A DNA stretch of 63,784 nt, filler included, from Reticulomyxa filosa (GCA_000512085.1; 25 parts of 25 records of this genome joined end to end with filler, not necessarily neighbours in it), one strand, 5' to 3'; shown: positions 11,074 through 24,229, numbered from the whole stretch's first letter. A program made the numbers and translations. Notes: a model not told the origin generated them from the sequence alone.

Positions 11074-13314
11074 ATGCTCAAAAGAGAGGGTGAAATAGGT
11101 GTAAATCAATGTATCTCATTCAATGAGGAAGTCTTGTTGTGTGGAAAGCAAAGTTACTCTTATCATACAATTCAAAAAAAATATCGATTAATCTGTTCGT
11201 ATCCCGAGGATGTGCAATTGAACGGGCATTGCGTGGTGCAATGGAAAAAGACCGAAACAAAGAAAAAAGAATTGCAACTGTTGTCATTTGGTGGTCAAGA
11301 TAAAGATCAAGAAAAGCAGTGGTTTTCGCTTACCTACAAGAGCATATGGAAAGGATTTGAGCACTCCAAAAATCAATGGAAGCGTATACCAACAGTGATT
11401 GGAAAAAAAGAAGAGGATTGGAGAAATGTGCATGGACTGATAGGAGGATTGAAAGAAGATCTATTATTTATCATGACACCATCACGAAAAATAGAAGTAG
11501 TGGATTTGAGTACATTCAAATTGTTGACATCAGTGTCAAATAATACATTGCCAAATGATGCACTTGCCACAGGTAATTACGAATGTTTAGTACCATGGAC
11601 GGATAAAGGAAAGAAAGTAGTTAACAAATTTTTATGGACAAATGGCTTAAGTGCAATAGAAATTGAATTTGAGGAGGCCTCTCTAACATTTTATGTAAAT
11701 AAACTCTGTTCTTTCGGAGCTGGAGATTCGAGTTTTGTGTACGCTCACGTGCAATGGGAGGACATTTTATTTTTATTTGGAGAGACTCAATCTCTATATG
11801 CAAGACGTGCAATTTGCAAAGATTCATGTTTAATTTCAAAAGTGTTCAAATTTTCCATGCAAGCAAAAACATGGAGTTCATCTTCAATTTCTTGTCCCAT
11901 TAATATTGAAACATTTGTAGCCGTATTGAACCAAGAGAAAACAACAGCACTTTTTGTTGACACACGCAATCTCAAACAAAAAACTCGTGATTGCAGTATA
12001 AGAATAAGTGAAATGTTGGAAAGAGATGAGATGTTTAGCATGATCCAAGAAAAAGAGAAACAAATTGAGCAATTAAAACGAGACCGCCCGTTCGTTCTTC
12101 CAAATCAAATGGACACACAGTTCGATTCAAATGTACAACTGAGAAATAATTACTATGAGGAAACAAATATCTCTATGCAATTGCAAAGTGCAAGCAAGGA
12201 AACAAAAGAAAAATTTGCTGAATTAAATGAATGGAAAAATGAAGGGCCTGTAGAATGGAGCCAGCTTCCTTGGCAGGAAATATGGAGTTGTGATGGCATC
12301 CTTGAACAAGCCAAAAATAAATGTCTTGTCCAAATGGACGACACTTCGTCTGTCATTGCTCAATTATTACTTTTACGAAATCATTGCAGAGTTATTTTCC
12401 TTACAAAAAAAAAAATAATAATAATAATTTTAAATGTTGATATTTAGCTTTGGTTTTTTTGATTGACACAAATAAGATAGGAGGCAGTCGCAACTAGTTC
12501 AAGACGATTAAAACAACTTTCGCAAACTGAAATAAATTCGAGTTTGGAGTATAACACTAAAAAAGTAAAAAAAGAAACCATTAAGAAGCTGCTGGACCAA
12601 CTTCTTGAACAATACTCCAGCAGTATTATCATTTGCAACAACGCATTTGCTTGGAAAATACAAGTCTCACATCAGAAATCAGCCTGTGAACAAAAATTGA
12701 TGAAAGAGGAACAAATCCATAATACAAATGAGAATATTCTGGAGAGTTTTGATGAATTTAATGAGCAAGCGCAAAAAGCATTGACGGCAGGACAGAAATG
12801 GATGGACGAAAGCTGGAGCCAGTTGGAAAGCAAATGGACCCAATGGGATTCCCAACAAATTGCGACTTTTATTGGATTTACATTGAAATGTGCTAAAGCT
12901 CAAATCCTACGTTTCCAAGAAATTGTAGAAGAGAATAAAATAAACTCTATTTCCTTGGGAGCCATGTCGCAAAAAAAATTGATGACTGTGTTTGAGTTGA
13001 AAACCTTTTCTCAAGCTTGTCTTGTCTATGATGCTTTTTTTCATCTTTCGCTGGAATATCCTATGCAAATAACTTCCACTCAAACGGAACACCAAGAAAC
13101 CATCCCAAAAGAATATTTATGTCCTTTGTCCAATTCGATTATGAAAGATCCAGTCATTGCTTTGAACGGAGTCACTTACGACCGAAGCTCCATTGTTGAA
13201 CATTATACTGGTCTTCCCAACGCATCTTCTTTGATTGTTGATGGAAAATTAAAAGTTTTTCCCAATTATTCTTTGCAACGAAAGCTGCAAACTTTTTTGA
13301 AAACGTCAAAGTGA
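11074..13314 (+). CDS. Kelch-like beta-propeller + coiled coil + SAM-like + U-box E3 ubiquitin ligase
   Basis: GHCVV, LLSFGG, GLIGG and LFLFG blades; WTQWDSQQIATFI SAM-like start; C-terminal U-box IPKEYLCPLSNSIMKDPVIALNGVTYDRSSI...PNYSLQRKLQTF. One intron at about 12392-12480. Confidence 0.85.
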
Positions 13315-13619
13315 TTATTGATACAATTATAGAATGTTTTGACTTAGTTTTTTTTTTTAAGCGTATGCTTGAGTCAATGTTTTAAGTTTCTTAACATTAG
13401 TCAATCAATTTCTTAAAAAAAAAAAAAAAAGAAAATAATTTAAAGTGCTGTATTGTATTATGCTTAGTGTTGAAAAATCGTGGGTTGTGTTTTCGTACGA
13501 ACCCTTGCACCTCCACCGAAAATTCACCAACTAGAAAGAAAATCATAATTTTTCATTTAAAAAAAAAAAAAAGAGTCAATTAAGTATTTGACAATGCATC
13601 CAAGCGGTTTTTTTGTTTG

Positions 13620-14766
13620 TCACGCATTTTTTTGGCTTTGTTGTTGCATATAGGCCCAATACTCATTCCAGATCCATTTCCAATATTCCATGCCCTCTAA
13701 GAATATCAACACAATAATGATCCACTCGAGTCCATGGCCATACTTATCTCGGGAGGCCTCCCATTGTGTGTGGTATCGCTCTTTCATCTATTGTTTATAC
13801 ATTTCATTGTTATTGTTATTGTTTTTTTTTTTTTTTTTGATGCATACGTATATATATATATATGTATTTTTTTTTTTTTTTTTTAAGCGTCAAAACTTGA
13901 TCCAATTTGTCCGTGAGTGCTTTCAATTCCTCTTCAAACTCCAAATAATCGAGACTGGCTTCGTACATAGGCTCCAAATCTCCTCTCTCCCAAATGAAGT
14001 TGGGGAACTGTGTGGAGCTGGGTTCCGCGGTGACATCGAACAGTAAATCTCGCAGCATTTCTACGTGGTTTCGAAGCTGCGACCAATGGCGCGCACGCAT
14101 GAATCGTATTTTGCCTCGTTTTATCAACTGTTTTGTCATCAACCAAAATTGAGTGGTGCCAAATTCGAAAAAAGATATAGAGGTAAGTGAAATGAAAACA
14201 ACCAACCAAAATAATTTATTGTATGTTTTGTAAAAAAAAAAAAAGTGAACATAAATAATATATATATGCTTATATAAATTTTAAATAATAAAAGAAACTT
14301 CAAATGAAGCGTATTGAAACAGATTTCAATTTTATTTCACAAAGTCGTGAATAGTGATTTTCACGTTTATTGGCGCTAAATAACCTGTTTGCAAAAAACA
14401 AGGGCACCTGCAAATACCAAGGAAGCTTCAAACCTTCGAATGATGGCATGCCTTTACTGTCGTTCTGATACAACTGCGCGAATTGCGATACCCAATCTAT
14501 ATATACATACATGCACTGCATTATACATATACATATATAAAGAAGATTGAAAGCATAATCAATGGAAGTAATTTTTTTTGACAAACCCCCCCCAAGTAAC
14601 AATAACGTCACTAGAAAAGAAGCAAACGTATCATCTTCGCTTCCAATTGCAATTGTCGAGACATACATTGCGATCCTTTGCAAAGTCGCTGTCGCTACCA
14701 AAGGCCTCTTTCAAGGCGTTAACCACCCACCGACAAATGTGGTTGTCCGAGTTCAAGTCGATCGCG
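13620..14766 (-). CDS. DUF155 / RMD1-RMND1 family protein (multi-exon, 5' partial)
   Basis: PNFIWERGDLEPMYEASLDYLEFEEELKALTDKL; the spliced last exon (13788-13620) reads MKERY...GHGLEWIIIVLIFLE, containing the family's LEWIII.LI signature. Assignment of the upstream exons is less certain. Confidence 0.75.
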
Positions 14767-14938
14767 NNNNNNNNNNNNNNNNNNNNNNNNNNNNNNNNNN
14801 NNNNNNNNNNTTAATTAATTAANNNNNNNNNNNNNNNNNNNNNNNNNNNNNNNNNNNNNNNNNNNNTATATATATATATATATATACATTTGTATATGTA
14901 ATAAAAAAAAATAAAAAAATCAATTGATACGCGGACAG

Positions 14939-16026
14939 GAGATAATGAAAGCAATGTGTCGCATCACAGTGAAGACGAGACAGTGCAATCTTCGCCGCCA
15001 CAGCCTCCTGCATTCCAAAAGCAGACGAGAGGTGAGGCATTGACCACGCCCTATGGCGGCGGCGGATCGGTTTCGCCCAATGCGTTGCCACAGCAGCCTC
15101 CTTCACACAATTATCCGAAGCCGCCGTCGCAGCTGATGGATGTCCATTCTGGACATTCGCTGTTGCATCCTCATTTGCAAATGCCTATGTCGTCGTCGTC
15201 CTATGGCCCGCCCATGCAACCTCAGCAATATGATAAGACAAAGCCGTATCCAATGTACAGGTTACATTGGAATATGCATTATATATATACATATATATAT
15301 AAGTGTATATCCTTGCGTGATCTCTGTGTATTGAATTGATGTGGAAACATTGCAGCGAAGAAGAGACAGCAAGGATGCAGCAAGCGATGAAAGGCGCAGA
15401 TCTACGTCAGCAGTATGAGTACTGGAAAGCACAAAACCGTCATGGGCCACCGCCTCATGGACCTCCCCATGGTCTGTCTCCACCTATCAATGGTACTGTA
15501 GGAATGCCTTCCAACTCTTCGTTGCTGATGAATCCTCCGCCCGGCGTCGTTAATGCCCATGGACTGACTCCTTCCTCTACCACCACTCCCACTACTACTG
15601 CAACAACAACAACTATTGCTGCTACTACTGCTGCTACTACTACCACCGCTACCATCGCTCCCACTACTGCAACTGCCACAGGTGCCGTTGGATTGACTGC
15701 GATGCCACAGAGTGGTCACAAGTCCGTGTCGCGCAACTTTGGCGCGCCCAAGCCCGAAGACATCGACGCCGAGTTTACAAACCCGCCCGATTTAGTCCGC
15801 CATCAGAGATGGGAGCTGTTGGAATCTGCAAAGCGCTGGCTGCCTGGAGAGGGCACTGTCATTCGATGGAAAAGCTTTTGCTATGTCATCGGCGCACCCA
15901 TTCACATGGGGATGAATGGACACATTCACTTTTGCTATCGCTATCGTCTGCCCGACTCAACTAGTGATGAGTCACAATCGCAGACACTCAACAATATCAA
16001 TTCCACTGATGGCACTTCTACCATTG

Positions 16027-16061
<35 letters not shown>

Positions 16062-16391
16062 GCAACAACTACTATAGCTACCACTGCACACAATACCAAT
16101 TCAATTGAAAGCAGTACAGACAAACATGAAATACTTGGAAACGGCACAAATGACACCAACAAACAACGCACCTCAAACACAAACACAAATACAAGTACAA
16201 GCCGTCAATATAAGTTTTCGAAAAAAGACGTTCTCACTGTTGCCGCCAAAATCGTGCCCAATACATCTGCTTTTGCAAGAGAAATTGTTATTCTCAGAGA
16301 CTTGCAAGTTCAACAATACATACATATACATTTATTTCTATTTATTTCTATTTATTTCGTATTGTACATATTTACTATAATAAATACATAA

Positions 16392-16422
<31 letters not shown>

Positions 16423-17342
16423 GAAATCAATATATTAGGGCTGCGAAAATATAACGACATTATATGATGTTCTCGAGTCCAAACGTACGTTGATATCAAT
16501 ATTGGAACTGGCAAAAGCTGATGTGTATCATTTCTTCGTTGGACGAGAGGCAAGTCGACAGGGGTGGTCCTTGGAAAAACCTGCCGTCCGAGAAGCGTTT
16601 GCTCGAATGGTGGTGACCAACGCAGTGCAAGGCTTGAAGCAAATGCACGAAAAAGGCTATTTGCACTGTGATCTCAAGTCTTTGAATGTGTTGCTGTGCA
16701 TTTACAGAAACCAAAATGCAAGGCGGCAAGGAGGAGTTTACATGAAAGCCAAGTTGACCGATTTTGGACATTCGTCCAAAGGCAAATATCGAACCGCTGA
16801 GGCTACCTTCCGAAATGGTACCAAGTCAAGGAGAGAAAAGGAGGAGAAAAAGGGGTCTCTTTTCAAAAAGTAAAAAATAGTAATAAAAAAATTTTCAATT
16901 GGATTGAATAGGAATGGCTCGCGTTGGAACAGCAGGACATGTGGCACCAGAGCTATTCAAAGAGGGCACAGCTTGCGATTACAAGATTGACATATGGTCG
17001 TTGGGCATTGTGATGTTTAGCATGCTTGTTCCTGGAAAACTGCTGTTTGGTGAGTACACGGACCTTGAAAACTTAAAAAAGGCGTATGAGGCACTAAATA
17101 AGATGAATCCCTGGAGTCAACAAAGACCAAAATGGTGGACCGATTTTGAAAGACTTTCCCCTGAGGCCCGTGATTTGATCTTATGGATGACCCGTTTCAA
17201 CGCGGAGGAAAGGCCCAACGTGGATCAAATCCTAAGACACCCTTGGTTCCAAATTTCCATGGGAAATTTAAAACCGGGACAATACCGTCCCAAACTAAAA
17301 TATGTTGACATGTTGTGTTCCTCTTCCATTGCACAGGAGTAA
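14939..17342 (+). CDS. Ser/Thr protein kinase (non-RD) with Pro/Thr-rich low-complexity N-terminus; 5' partial
   Basis: HMGMNGHIH (Gly loop), VAAKIV, REIVIL, HCDLKSLN, DFG, GTAGHVAPE, DIWSLG and ERPNVDQILRHPWF across about 4 exons. Confidence 0.92.
16392..16418. repeat. (AATC)n intronic microsatellite; the reverse-complement (GATT)n tract is at ~20069-20112
   Basis: Seen directly as tandem tetranucleotide units inside introns. Confidence 0.85.
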
Positions 17343-17590
17343 ACTTTTGTCCGAGTTTACAGTACGTTCACTTTTACAAATTCATCAATGTCTTTATCTT
17401 CTGTAAATGACGTCACCAATCGATTCTCTAATGTGATTTCCCTTCCTCTGATCCCTTGTCATTTTCTTTTTTATTATTATTGTTGTTTATTTTATTAAAT
17501 AATTCATCTGAACCAAGGAATGACAAACAATAAAAACAAGGGAGAATTTTTTTTCAGTGCCTCTCCGTTTTGTTTTGTTTCGTTTTTTTT

Positions 17591-17622
<32 letters not shown>

Positions 17623-17725
17623 TTTNNNNNNNNNNNNNNNNNNNNNNNNNNNNNNNNNNNNNNNNNNNNTTAATTAATTAANNNNNNNNNNNNNNNNNNN
17701 NNNNNNNNNNNNNNNNNNNNNNNNN

Positions 17726-18734
17726 CCAGCAATAGAAGTATTATACAAAGGAGAGACAAAACGATTTTTCGCAGAAGAAATTTCAGCAATGGTATTGCTA
17801 CACCTGAAAGAAAGTGCAGAATCGTATTTAGGTTGCCCAGTAAGTAATGCAGTCATAACAGTTCCAGCGTACTTCAATGATGGTCAAAGACAAGCAACAA
17901 AAGATGCAGGAACAATTGTAGGATTAAAAGTGTTGCGTATCATTAATGAACCAACAGCAGCAGCAATAGCATACGGATTGGACAAAAAGAGCAATAGAGA
18001 ACGAAACGTGTTGGTTTTTGATATGGGTGGAACTACGTTTAATGTATCTTTATTGTCCATTGATGATGGAGTATTTGAAGTGAAGGCAACAGCTGGTGAC
18101 ACTAATTTAGGAGGTGAAGATTTTGATAACATATTATTGACATTTTTTGCTGATGAATTTAAAAAAAAGCATAAACTTGATATTACCCAAAATAAGATAG
18201 CAATGAAAAGACTAAAATTACAATGTGAGCGTGCAAAACGAACATTAAGTTCTGCAACTCGAGCAACTATAGAAATAGATTGTCTTCATGAAGGCATTGA
18301 TTTTGTATCTTCGATCACACAAGCCAAATTTGAAGAATTGTGCATGCCTTACTTCCGTGACTGCTTTGATTATATCGCAAAAATATTGCAAGATACTGGA
18401 ATAGGCAAATTGGATATTGATGATATTGTATTATCTGGTGGATCAACTCGTATTCCAAAATTGCAAAAGATGATCAAGGAATACTTTAATGGAAAAGAAC
18501 TTTGTAACAGTATTAATCCTGATGAAGTTGTTGCACATGGTGCAGCGACTCAAGCTCAAATTTTGACTAATGGTGTGAATGACAACAATTTTTTTTGTTG
18601 TATTTTCTGTGTTATGCCATTGTCATTGGGAATTGAAACTGCGGGTGGTGTGATGACAAAAATGATTCCTCGAAATACAACAATTCCTTGCAGAAGAACC
18701 GAAACATTCACCATTTATGCTGGTAATCAATCTG
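17726..18734 (+). CDS. Divergent cytosolic-type Hsp70 (partial at both ends)
   Basis: [51 protein letters not shown] and [14 protein letters not shown] motifs. Confidence 0.95.
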
Positions 18735-19420
18735 NNNNNNNNNNNNNNNNNNNNNNNNNNNNNNNNNNNNNNNNNNNNTTAATTAATTAANNNNNNNNNN
18801 NNNNNNNNNNNNNNNNNNNNNNNNNNNNNNNNNNTGATACGCATTCTCGCAAAATTTTCAAAAATCATTTGAAAGAATGTTGATTTCATCCAACAAAAAA
18901 AAAAGTTATTAAAAAATCAATATTATATTTATAAACTACAAGACTTGTAGATATTTTTAAAAAAAAAAATTAGGTCTAAATGTTGATTTTTCATGTAGAA
19001 AATCAATTACCATCATAAGATATGTTTTATGTGTTCAGTTTTCTTTGCAATCTACTGTATTCACAAACGATTCTAAGAAAAAATAACTTTGAAAAACAAT
19101 TGTCTTTAAGTTTTTACAATATTTTAATGTGTTTTGGTTTTGTAAGTATCACTTGGCTACAATTAAAGTTAAAATTGTATGCTGTTCATCCAAATGAATT
19201 GATGTGCTCACTATTTCAAATCAATCAAATGAAACATAAGGTGAATATTCAGTTATCTTAAATAATCTAGAGCAGCCTTTTATTTGTGTTGGCTCATCTT
19301 TGTCAATGTATTTTCTTCCGCAAACCGTCGTCTGGCCAAGTTTGAAAACCAAAAGAAAGTGTTGTCCAAAGGGAATTATTGATATAGGAATCTTTGGTGA
19401 CATCCTAGCCTTTTTAATTG

Positions 19421-20007
19421 ATGCCATCAGTCTTAAGTAAACCCGCGCAAGATGAAGCGAAGACCGCTTTCATGGAGATCTTTGCCCAAAACAAGCGGTT
19501 TTGGTTTTTGTCGGCGACAATGGGAATAGGAGGACTGACGTACTTTGTGTGGCGCCAAGTGACGGGGAGAGACCACTTGCAACAATACCTCTCCAGCGCT
19601 CCATCGAACAAAAATAAGAAGGGTAAAATTGCTGTGGACGAGAACTTTTTCAAAATAGTTATGTTTCAACTTTCCAAAGTTTTTTTTTTTTTTTTGCAAA
19701 AAAAAAAAAGAAAAAGAAAAAAAGAGAAATTTCCAGAAAAAAATTAAAATTTTGTTTTGTTTGATATGATTGATTGGGCATTGTTGTCGCAATGTCGCGG
19801 TTGAATGTATGACAACTTTTTGACAAAAAAAAAAAAAAAAAGTTGAAAGAACTGATATCGAAAGCCATTCCAACGGTGTATAGCAGAGAAATGTTAAACT
19901 TGTTGATATTGGCAGGTTTGTTAGTGATTCGAACAATGTTGTCTATACGAGTGGCTCACGTCCAAGGGACCATCGTCAAGGCTATTGTCAACCGTCAATT
20001 TTTCACA
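19421..20007 (+). CDS. Peroxisomal ABC transporter ABCD/PMP70-like, N-terminal exons; 3' partial
   Basis: KIAVDENFFK|LKELISKAIPTVYSRE...LLVIRTMLSIRVAHVQGTIVKAIVNRQF matches the ABCD N-terminal TM1 region; intron ~19658-19842. Confidence 0.85.
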
Positions 20008-20271
20008 GTTTGTTTTGTGTGTGTGTGTATGTGTTTGTTTGTTGTTGCACTATGGTCAATCGATCTTGGTTGATTGATTAATTGAATGATTGATTGATTG
20101 ATTGATTGATTGGTTGGTATATACATAAATATACATATAACATATTATATATAATATGTTATATGTATATTNNNNNNNNNNNNNNNNNNNNNNNNNNNNN
20201 NNNNNNNNNNNNNNNTTAATTAATTAANNNNNNNNNNNNNNNNNNNNNNNNNNNNNNNNNNNNNNNNNNNN

Positions 20272-20991
20272 TTTTTTTTTTTTTCTTTATCCAAAGAAAC
20301 CCTGGAAATGTTTGGATTTGATGAGTAAGCAAACTTCAATTTTTTTTTTTTTTTTTTTAAAATTATATACATATATATATATATATATACGTATACATAA
20401 AAATGTATATAAAGTTCAGACTTGTCAGTGTTTTCTTTAGTGGTGATCTTTTGTTTCATAGCAAAATAATCCCTCAAACATTTTTTGCAGTGACAATGAA
20501 AGCCAAGCCATCGCAGCCTTTGCCTTCGTTCGAACACATCACACTGATCAACAAAGTCTCCAAGATAGCTGGTGGACAAGGTTTCTCCTTGCGCGATGGG
20601 CCTGCAAGTGACCAAGCGGAGTTTGCCCGAAATGTGACAATACAATAGATTGGGCTGACAAGAGTGTTCGACGTAAGAGGCAATGCTATACAGCCCATGG
20701 CCGAACAAGTGCTTTTGATACAAAGATTGATTGGCATACGCGTTCAAGTGAATGAGATTAAAAATGTCTGTGAAGAACTGTTTTGGCAAGTAATAGAAAG
20801 TCTCTTCCAGCCCCTTTGGCGGGGAGTTGTTCAGATTCGAAACTGGATTGGGACAAGACGGATCCATGAAGGAGTGCACATGGCGACAAATAAACGCATG
20901 CGTCAGTTGAAAATGCAAGTACTGTTGCATCCATAATGGCACGTCTTCCTCCAATCGGAGTTTGGAGTCGGTGCTGCCCGACGATAATGAC

Positions 20992-21024
<33 letters not shown>

Positions 21025-22171
21025 TATATGGCCGGATCCACTTCAATCTCTTTCCTCCACTCATCACTACTGCCATTGTTCGACTGTGTGCATCGCTTGG
21101 ATTCAAAATACTGCTTTGCTTCGGATTGCATTTTCTCGGTCATTTTGAACTTGTACACGGCTGCGTGACAATAGACACTCATCCGAGACAAGTAGTCCAA
21201 GAGCTGATGCACCATTTCCCATACTGGATGGTTGTAACACAATGGACTGCCAAAGATGTGGTTGTAACGAGGAGTAAACACACTCGCACGTGGGTGAATA
21301 AATTGCTCATAATTTTTGTCGTAGTTCAATGACTTATTCGACATTACCACTGCTTTCAACTCTTCATTATTCTTCGTTACCTCAGATAGCATCCATTCAT
21401 TTTCAGACCTAAATTTCACACATACATATATGTATACATATTTATTTATTTTTGTATTTTTATATTGTATATGTATGTTGTGTAAACAGTTGTCACCCAA
21501 TCAAAAAACGACATGATCTCTCAACCAATCAACTATAAGCTTTTTTTTTTTTAAAGTGTAAAACAAAAAAAAAAAAAAAAAAAAAAATACAATTTTTGAG
21601 CATATTTTTCAAAGTTGACATAAGCGATTGGTGACTCTGTGCAAACAACCACCCCTGCTGGTAAATCATGCTTTGCGACCATGGACACGTTGTCGTATTG
21701 TTTGAACTGATCCCAATTCTCAAAGCGATTTAAAAAATCCATAAATTGCGTTGTATCATTTGTGTTTTCGATCTCTTCTACCATGTCGCGAAATTTTTCG
21801 TGTGTTTGCTCCACTTGTTTCATCATGTGTGTTAAATCTTTGTCTTTCGCGTGTTCAATGCTATCCGAGTCATTTGGAAGGTTTATCAGCTTTAGCAGCT
21901 CGTATGGACTTGGACGGTTTTTGTGGTCCAATGTCCATTGCAAGTGAAAGGCATGATTGTCATGCTCTAGCAATAATAGGTCGATCATCATCAAACATCT
22001 TTGTAACCACTGATGCAGTTGCTCTTTAGACATAAAGTTCATTTGACTGTAAAAAGGATTTACAGAAGAGTTCATGCCAAACATTATTCTATATCTCCAA
22101 CAATCATACCACCTCTTTGGAGCAAAAGGACGAAAAATTTTTCGCCCAACCTGTTGGGATTGACGAGACAT
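20272..22171 (-). CDS. SET-domain (SMYD-like, split SET) lysine methyltransferase
   Basis: N-half VAKHDLPAGVVVCTESP; C-half GLYSIASYVEHSCQPN, RPIAQGETLSTSY, RRQRL..GFHCHCKKC (post-SET). Poly-Ser from a (GAT)n tract at ~20985-21020. Confidence 0.85.
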
Positions 22172-23044
22172 TTTTTTTTAATAATCCTTATGCCCTCCCC
22201 CTAAAACCTTTGAACTAGTTGCAACGATTTTTTTACAAAGTTCCACGGCCTAAACACATAACTTTTGACATTGTTTTGGTCCAAAGTACAACAATGGCAA
22301 ATTCTTGCACTGAGACAAGAAATCGCAGCAAAGGAAATAATTCAGTTTTGATGACACATTGAATTGATGTCTTTTTTGAGTTGAGTTGCTTTTGTTTTTA
22401 TGTGAATTGTGTAAATAGAAGTCCCTCACTAAGTGTTTACATGTTACATATTGCAACTTAGAAGAGAAATGATTATCTTTGGAGTTACGGAATGGTGCAT
22501 CTCACTTGATTAAGGGCAGAGATAGCAAGATCACAAGTAAATATATACTGATAAAGTTGCTAAAATTTTCATTATACCACAACCAGACCAAAAGGATTTT
22601 TATTTGTTTTGAGTTTTATGTTTTTTTCTATTGTATTTGCTTTTTAATCTATTGCAATTTAAATATTTTTGTATTGGTTATTCGTGCAATATTATTTCTC
22701 ACGGGCTTTTCTTCCACTATGGATGCTCATTTTAAATCAAAGCTACTCACTATTTAAAAGACAACAAGCACCATTTGAAAAGGTAATGTGTTGCCCTATA
22801 ATTTGTAACTTTACACCAAAAAAAACTTTTTTGGTCTCCTTGGGTGAAAGTTTATGTTNNNNNNNNNNNNNNNNNNNNNNNNNNNNNNNNNNNNNNNNNN
22901 NNTTAATTAATTAANNNNNNNNNNNNNNNNNNNNNNNNNNNNNNNNNNNNNNNNNNNNAAATTTGGTTTTTTTTTTTTGTCTTTTGTTTTGGACACCCGC
23001 GCACAGTACAAAACAAATGTAAAAAAAAAAAGTTTGAAATTGTG

Positions 23045-24229
23045 TTAGGAATGTAAGTTTTGTTTGTTAGCATTGGATACTTGTAGACTTTGGGTTTCAT
23101 ATACTTTTTTTGCTAAAGCGCGCTTCATGAATTGGTCTCGTGACAATTTGCGCAATTGTTTCAAATAGGCAGTCAAATCGACAGTTTCGTCTTCTAGCGC
23201 CCTGTCCAACTCGAGCATGACATCGGTGATGGCAAAGTCTTGAGCGGTGGCATCCATGCACTGTTCAGACCAAATGTCACTGGGCAGCACGACTTTATTA
23301 ACATCAAAGGTATCAGCCGAGGATTGGTTGTTTTCGATGAAGCGTTCCAAAAACGTATTCCTTTGAGCCAAGGCGGTTTTTCTTTCGAGCAATTGAGCGT
23401 GTTCTTTTTTGGCCTTTTCTTTGACGGCATCCAATTCGACCGAGTGTTGGTCCAATTTTTTTTGGCGCGACGACAGTTGATTGATTTCCGCGTTTTCTTG
23501 TTCGTACACTTTTTGCAAGTGTCCTTTCAACGCAATCGCGAACTGTTCTTTGATGTTGGGGCCCCCTCCCATGACCACGCCAGGATTGGAATGCAGGCTT
23601 GGTGATTGCTGCAACATACCGCCACCGTACTGCAATGAATGACTTGGACTAATGATACCTGATTGTCTCTGCTGCTCTATTAGTTGCTGCTGTTGCTGTG
23701 GTTGTGACTGCAATGGCTGTGACTGCAATGGTTGTTGCTGCGGCTGCGGCTGCTGCTGCTGCTGCTGCTGCTGTGGCTGTTGACCTGTTGAATACACCGG
23801 GGGATTCGTTCCAAACTCGCTACACAATGTCCCAATCAACTGCACCAATGACGACCTTGAATAGTGCCATTGAGTGAGCAACATGTGGTAAATTACTCCA
23901 TTGCTATCCACTAATGGGTGTCTTGGCTTCACTTTCATCCCCGCCACTGGCGTCACAAAGCAACGCGGAGCCGACGCTGGGTAATCCAATGGCAACCAAA
24001 ACACCACCGGAATATGGTACGTCTTCATTTGATACGTTATTGGAATTGTCCCTTCCAACTTAAACAAAATCTGACTTGTCCCATCGTTCGCTACAAACTG
24101 ACACGTCTCCGGTCTCAAAGACGGCACTTGATGGATCGCTTGCAACACCTGCGACTCTGCTGCTTTCAGATCTTTGTAATGCAAATTCCTCAGCAAAGGA
24201 CCAACCTCCAGTACAGGTTTTTGATACAT
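23045..24229 (-). CDS. TSG101: ESCRT-I subunit Vps23/TSG101
   Basis: UEV domain (LEGTIPITY..TYHIPVVFWLPLDYP..APRCFVTP...HPLVDSNG), poly-Q linker, coiled coil and steadiness box (DFAITD...YLKQLRKLSRDQF..RAL). Intronless. Confidence 0.93.
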   Translation of the reverse strand: MYQKPVLEVGPLLRNLHYKDLKAAESQVLQAIHQVPSLRPETCQFVANDGTSQILFKLEGTIPITYQMKTYHIPVVFWLPLDYPASAPRCFVTPVAGMKVKPRHPLVDSNGVIYHMLLTQWHYSRSSLVQLIGTLCSEFGTNPPVYSTGQQPQQQQQQQQPQPQQQPLQSQPLQSQPQQQQQLIEQQRQSGIISPSHSLQYGGGMLQQSPSLHSNPGVVMGGGPNIKEQFAIALKGHLQKVYEQENAEINQLSSRQKKLDQHSVELDAVKEKAKKEHAQLLERKTALAQRNTFLERFIENNQSSADTFDVNKVVLPSDIWSEQCMDATAQDFAITDVMLELDRALEDETVDLTAYLKQLRKLSRDQFMKRALAKKVYETQSLQVSNANKQNLHS

